Positions 60,713-64,000 of a stretch of 64,000 nucleotides of DNA are shown one piece after another. Origin of the DNA: Alphaproteobacteria bacterium. Lineage in GTDB: Bacteria; Pseudomonadota; Alphaproteobacteria; Caedimonadales; UBA9215. The stretch spans positions 73,910 through 137,909 of the forward strand of contig CBDBFG010000002.1 of assembly GCA_965204765.1 (NCBI GenBank), read 5' to 3'. A model generated the notes under the pieces. It had not been told where the DNA came from, searched no databases, and worked only from the letters and a program-made list of their open reading frames with translations. The stretch's first letter is position 1; every line of letters starts with the position of its first letter. A program made the translations under genes and the position numbers.

Positions 60713-61233
60713 AATTATCTCCTTACTATTGGCAATCAAAAGATGTCGAACAAGACTACAATAAAACAACAAAAACGAAAAGCAACAATATACATCACTT
60801 GCAACTTTTTATATTTTAAAATACTTCAAATTGTAAAATAACCAAAACAAATACAACGTTTCATCTACTTTTTGTAATATAACATTAACAAGAAAATTTT
60901 TATCTAAAAAAATAGCAATTAACATAAATATAGTTTCACATTGACAAATGACTATAAAAACTGATAGGATTCGCCTAGAAAATTATTGTACCGCAATGTA
61001 ATAGGGAGGAGCTCTTACATAACCCCTCCCCATATTGAGGAAACAGTAAGTGGTTGGTTAAAGACAGGGAAAAAACCAACCACAGTAATTTCAAAGGCAA
61101 CACACACCGTTTAAAACTACAAAATCAAACAGATAGTTAAGTTTTCTATTGGAACTTGAACCACTGCTATGTATAATTTATTACATATACTTTTTTGCGT
61201 GTCAAGAAAAAAAATGGAGTTATTTACAATAAA

Positions 61234-62115
61234 ATGATAAAGTTTGACTGGAACCTCTTACATCAATTTAAAGAAATAGTAGATTCCCAAACCATCGATA
61301 CAGCAATTAGTCAGCATGGTATCTCAAGGGCAACCATAAGTAGAATATTTATAAAACTTGAAGAACTCGTTGGCGGGCAAATAGTTGAACGACACACAAA
61401 AGGTAACATACAGCTAACCAATCTAGGTAAACTTATCCTGCACAAGACTAACAGTATTAATGAAGGAGTAGAAGAACTATTTAAAAAGTCTCTTAATGCT
61501 AAAAAACCTCTATTTATCGGATGTACACAAGGTATATCCACACTAGAGCTGTCAGAAAAAATGTCCGCCTTAAAAAACAGCCTTGGTAACGCAGTAATAC
61601 ATATTAAGACTCATTACCCGGAACTAAGCGATGCAATCGCTTCAAATGATATCGTCATTTATCCCAATGTTAAGCACGGTACTAATATAATAAAACGTAA
61701 GATAAAAGATTATGAGTTTGGTCTATTCGCGTCAAAGAAGTATCTTGAAAAACATGGTAACATAACTAGTACCGCAGATTTATTACGACACAAAATAATA
61801 GGATATTCAGCACAAAAAGATTTTTTATTTTCCGGATCAAATGAGTTTATACTCGACCTTATTTCTCCTCATGTAGATGATGATCAAAAAGAAAAGCTAT
61901 TTTCTGTATATGTAAACTCTACCATGTCAGAATTTGCTTTTTGCAGTGAGGGACTAGGCATAGCATGTGTGCAAACTAATAGTGCAATAGGTAAAAAACT
62001 AGAATTGGTTAGAGTCCTACCGCAATATTCTTATAAATCTGGTATATACATGTACTATAAATCAGATGACTTTCATACACCAACAGAGCAAATATTTGAA
62101 GTACTATCATCATAA
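61234..62115 (+). CDS. LysR-family transcriptional regulator
   Basis: N-terminal wHTH (FDWNLLHQFKEIVDSQTIDTAISQHGISRATISRIFIKLEELVGGQIVERH) and a substrate-binding-domain-length C-terminus. The ATG at 61234 is preferred. Confidence 0.8.
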   Translation: MIKFDWNLLHQFKEIVDSQTIDTAISQHGISRATISRIFIKLEELVGGQIVERHTKGNIQLTNLGKLILHKTNSINEGVEELFKKSLNAKKPLFIGCTQGISTLELSEKMSALKNSLGNAVIHIKTHYPELSDAIASNDIVIYPNVKHGTNIIKRKIKDYEFGLFASKKYLEKHGNITSTADLLRHKIIGYSAQKDFLFSGSNEFILDLISPHVDDDQKEKLFSVYVNSTMSEFAFCSEGLGIACVQTNSAIGKKLELVRVLPQYSYKSGIYMYYKSDDFHTPTEQIFEVLSS

Positions 62116-62259
62116 TAACGCGATGGATGTAATAGATCTACTAGCAAGAGAAATAACGTGAGATCTTGGCACGCTATCTAAAAAGCAAGACCAATGAAAA
62201 CTAATTACATCAACTAATCCGCATAACAAGAATTGTTGATGATTTGTGCCAACAAATAG

Positions 62260-62736
62260 TTAGCTAATATTATCCGTATAATCCAAAAAGTTTTGTAAAA
62301 TATAGCTAGCAGCAAGTTTATCAATGATCTTTTTCCTTTTATTACGAGTAATGTCCGCCTTAATCAGTGTTGATTCAACAGCAACTGTAGAAAGTCTTTC
62401 ATCCCAAAATGCAATATCGATATCGTTATATAAATTAAGTAAATTTACAGAAAAGTCCTTAATTGATTGTGCCTTTGGGCCATAACTACCATCCATATTA
62501 AGAGGCAAACCAACTACAAGACCACACGCATTATTTTGTAGAAATATTTTATAAATCTGTTGTGCAGTCAAAGTGAATTTCTTATTTTCAATTACCTGAT
62601 ATGCACTGGCAATCATCCAACGAGTATCAGATATTGCAACGCCTAACTTTTTATTACCCACATCCAAACCGATAATGGGCCTGTTACTGTTATGATATCT
62701 ATCGATAAAATCCTGAACTTTTAATATATAATTCAT
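62260..62736 (-). CDS. ruvX: Holliday junction resolvase-like RuvX/YqgF
   Basis: IIGLDVGNKKLGVAISD N-terminal motif, DERLST motif, about 158 aa from the ATG at 62736. The track ORF extends upstream through the repeat to 62961. Confidence 0.8.
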   Translation of the reverse strand: MNYILKVQDFIDRYHNSNRPIIGLDVGNKKLGVAISDTRWMIASAYQVIENKKFTLTAQQIYKIFLQNNACGLVVGLPLNMDGSYGPKAQSIKDFSVNLLNLYNDIDIAFWDERLSTVAVESTLIKADITRNKRKKIIDKLAASYILQNFLDYTDNIS

Positions 62737-62738
62737 AC

Positions 62739-62900
62739 ACAAACTGCACAAACTGCACAAACTGCACAAACTGCACAAACTGCACAAACTGCACAAACTG
62801 CACAAACTGCACAAACTGCACAAACTGCACAAACTGCACAAACTGCACAAACTGCACAAACTGCACAAACTGCACAAACTGCACAAACTGCACAAACTGC
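62739..62900. repeat. perfect 9-bp tandem repeat (ACAAACTGC) x18
   Basis: Counted directly, 18 identical units. Starts 2 nt upstream of the ruvX ATG. Open in all three minus-strand frames (SLC, FVQ, AVC repeats in the ORF track). Confidence 0.95.
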
Positions 62901-62998
62901 ACAAAACACTTCTGCTGCACTTGCAGACAAAAAGCAAGATTAACAATGAACAGTTTATCATATTTAATTAAATTAACCTCTTCTACATAACCAACTAA

Positions 62999-63136
62999 TT
63001 AATTAGTGCTATCAGGGCTAGACTTTGTTTCCTGTCGAGACCTTTCCTGTTGCTTACGTTTCTTAATGTTCTCTCTTAAAGCTTTAGCCAGTTTTTCCTG
63101 CTTACTTTCTTGCTTAGAGCTATCATATTTACTCAT
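62999..63136 (-). CDS. 45-aa basic small protein (below the ORF-track cutoff)
   Basis: MSKYDSSKQESKQEKLAKALRENIKKRKQQERSRQETKSSPDSTN. The L-A-x-A-L-R-x-N-(L/I)-x-(K/R)-R-K motif resembles a small protein widespread in alphaproteobacteria (from memory). Confidence 0.4.
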   Translation of the reverse strand: MSKYDSSKQESKQEKLAKALRENIKKRKQQERSRQETKSSPDSTN

Positions 63137-63320
63137 TTTCACTATATTTCCAATACCTACTGACATCGCAATCTACCCTTTCACTATCAAAAACACAATA
63201 ACCAAAAGGATTAAACTGTTAACGTATAATATTTTTTTAGAATGTGAATACTAAGATAACCTTCATGATCACTGTATCACTAAGGTAATGCGTAAGAAAC
63301 TAAGGTTATAATCAATATAA

Positions 63321-63746
63321 TTAATTAATCATGTCCGGTGCATAGTTTATACTTTTGATTTTCATCTCTAATGCACGCATCTTATTTTTATAATGCAGCA
63401 ATTCTTTCGATCCTTTGTTAACTAAACCATAAGCACTACAACTGTTATACAAATCTTTTAGAAAAGACATTGCATCTATGTCACCCATATCCGCGGCCTT
63501 TTCCAGCCATTTCATAGATTCTCTATACATTGCAATAGATTCATTAGTATTACATCGCAATCTACATTCTTCCGCTTTATAAAAAAGCAAAATTCCTATA
63601 GCAACTTGACTAGCAACAATTCCTTGCTCTGCTTCTTTTCGTATACTGGATAATTTTACGATATCTTGCGTAATAACATCATCTGCAACAGCACAATCAC
63701 ACAAAGTACCACAGATTAAAATACATTGCATTACTCGTTTCCACAT
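63321..63746 (-). CDS. secreted Sel1/TPR-like repeat protein
   Basis: Signal-like N-terminus and Sel1-like units (QVAIGILLFYKAE...; MYRESMKWLEKAADMGDIDAM). Confidence 0.55.
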   Translation of the reverse strand: MWKRVMQCILICGTLCDCAVADDVITQDIVKLSSIRKEAEQGIVASQVAIGILLFYKAEECRLRCNTNESIAMYRESMKWLEKAADMGDIDAMSFLKDLYNSCSAYGLVNKGSKELLHYKNKMRALEMKIKSINYAPDMIN

Positions 63747-63872
63747 TATTTACTCATATGATAAACAGTGTGATGTTATATCATAATTATAACTCCATTA
63801 TTAACAAATAACTTATATAATATTAATTATACAGGATAAGTTCTATCTATATTGAATGTGAACTAAAATAAT

Positions 63873-64000
63873 TTATTGTTGTACAGCAATTTTACTGTTT
63901 CTATGAGATAATAACTCATTCCTCACAAACAAAAATGCCATACTAACAAAAGACACCATCATACCAAATACAAAAGCATATTTTAACGCAGCATCCGCAA
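63873..64000 (-). CDS. C-terminal end of a membrane protein (runs off the right edge)
   Basis: Minus strand reads ...AALKYAFVFGMMVSFVSMAFLFVRNELLSHRNSKIAVQQ then stop at 63873-63875. Confidence 0.3.
   Translation of the reverse strand, partial: ADAALKYAFVFGMMVSFVSMAFLFVRNELLSHRNSKIAVQQ

Noticed and set aside
62699-62930. ORFs encoding (FVQ)n and (AVC)n, and the (SLC)n extension of ruvX
   Set aside because: These are translations of the 9-bp tandem repeat in three frames. They are artefacts of a stop-free repeat, not independent genes.
63006-63254. 82-aa plus-strand ORF
   Set aside because: It has a Cys/Leu/Ser-rich odd composition and a non-ATG start. The minus strand in the same place encodes a more plausible 45-aa basic protein (62999-63136).

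Overview
By eye this window is AT-rich and densely coding. Its core genes are typical of an alphaproteobacterium: typA, kdsB, rnj, nth, lpxB/lpxI, rnpB, tpiA, metG, holB, tmk, ctrA, polA, nusB, a short-type proS, lolCD, rlpA, lon and ruvX. Several Sel1-repeat and secreted orphan proteins suggest a Rickettsiales/Holosporales-like intracellular lifestyle, but that is inference only. The main accessory feature is a co-oriented phage-derived cluster on the minus strand (32109-41642). It encodes an HK97-type portal, a frameshifted prohead protease, the major capsid, a gp6 connector, a gp7 adaptor and a g8-like protein, in the same order as RcGTA g3-g8. Five unrecognisable ORFs follow, one of them a mini fibre with a CBM5/12-like motif, and then a SleB hydrolase and a 3TM holin-like gene. 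I could not recognise an integrase, replication genes, a repressor, a tail tube or a tape measure. The matching RcGTA-type large terminase lies about 14.5 kb away (56118-57437), beside a tRNA(CAT) in a decaying islet. That islet holds a gene broken by an exact 104-bp tandem duplication and a Sel1 gene with an in-frame amber codon. The GTA master regulator homolog ctrA, with a TTAA-N7-TTAA box upstream, is 5 kb from the cluster. Other notable items are three perfect short tandem repeats (9 bp x18 abutting the ruvX start, 7 bp x11 upstream of nusB, 7 bp x about 5), a family of Lys-rich secreted paralogs, an orphan TPR-secretin fusion with a polyacidic linker, and candidate structured RNAs. No rRNA, CRISPR array, transposase or integrase was seen.
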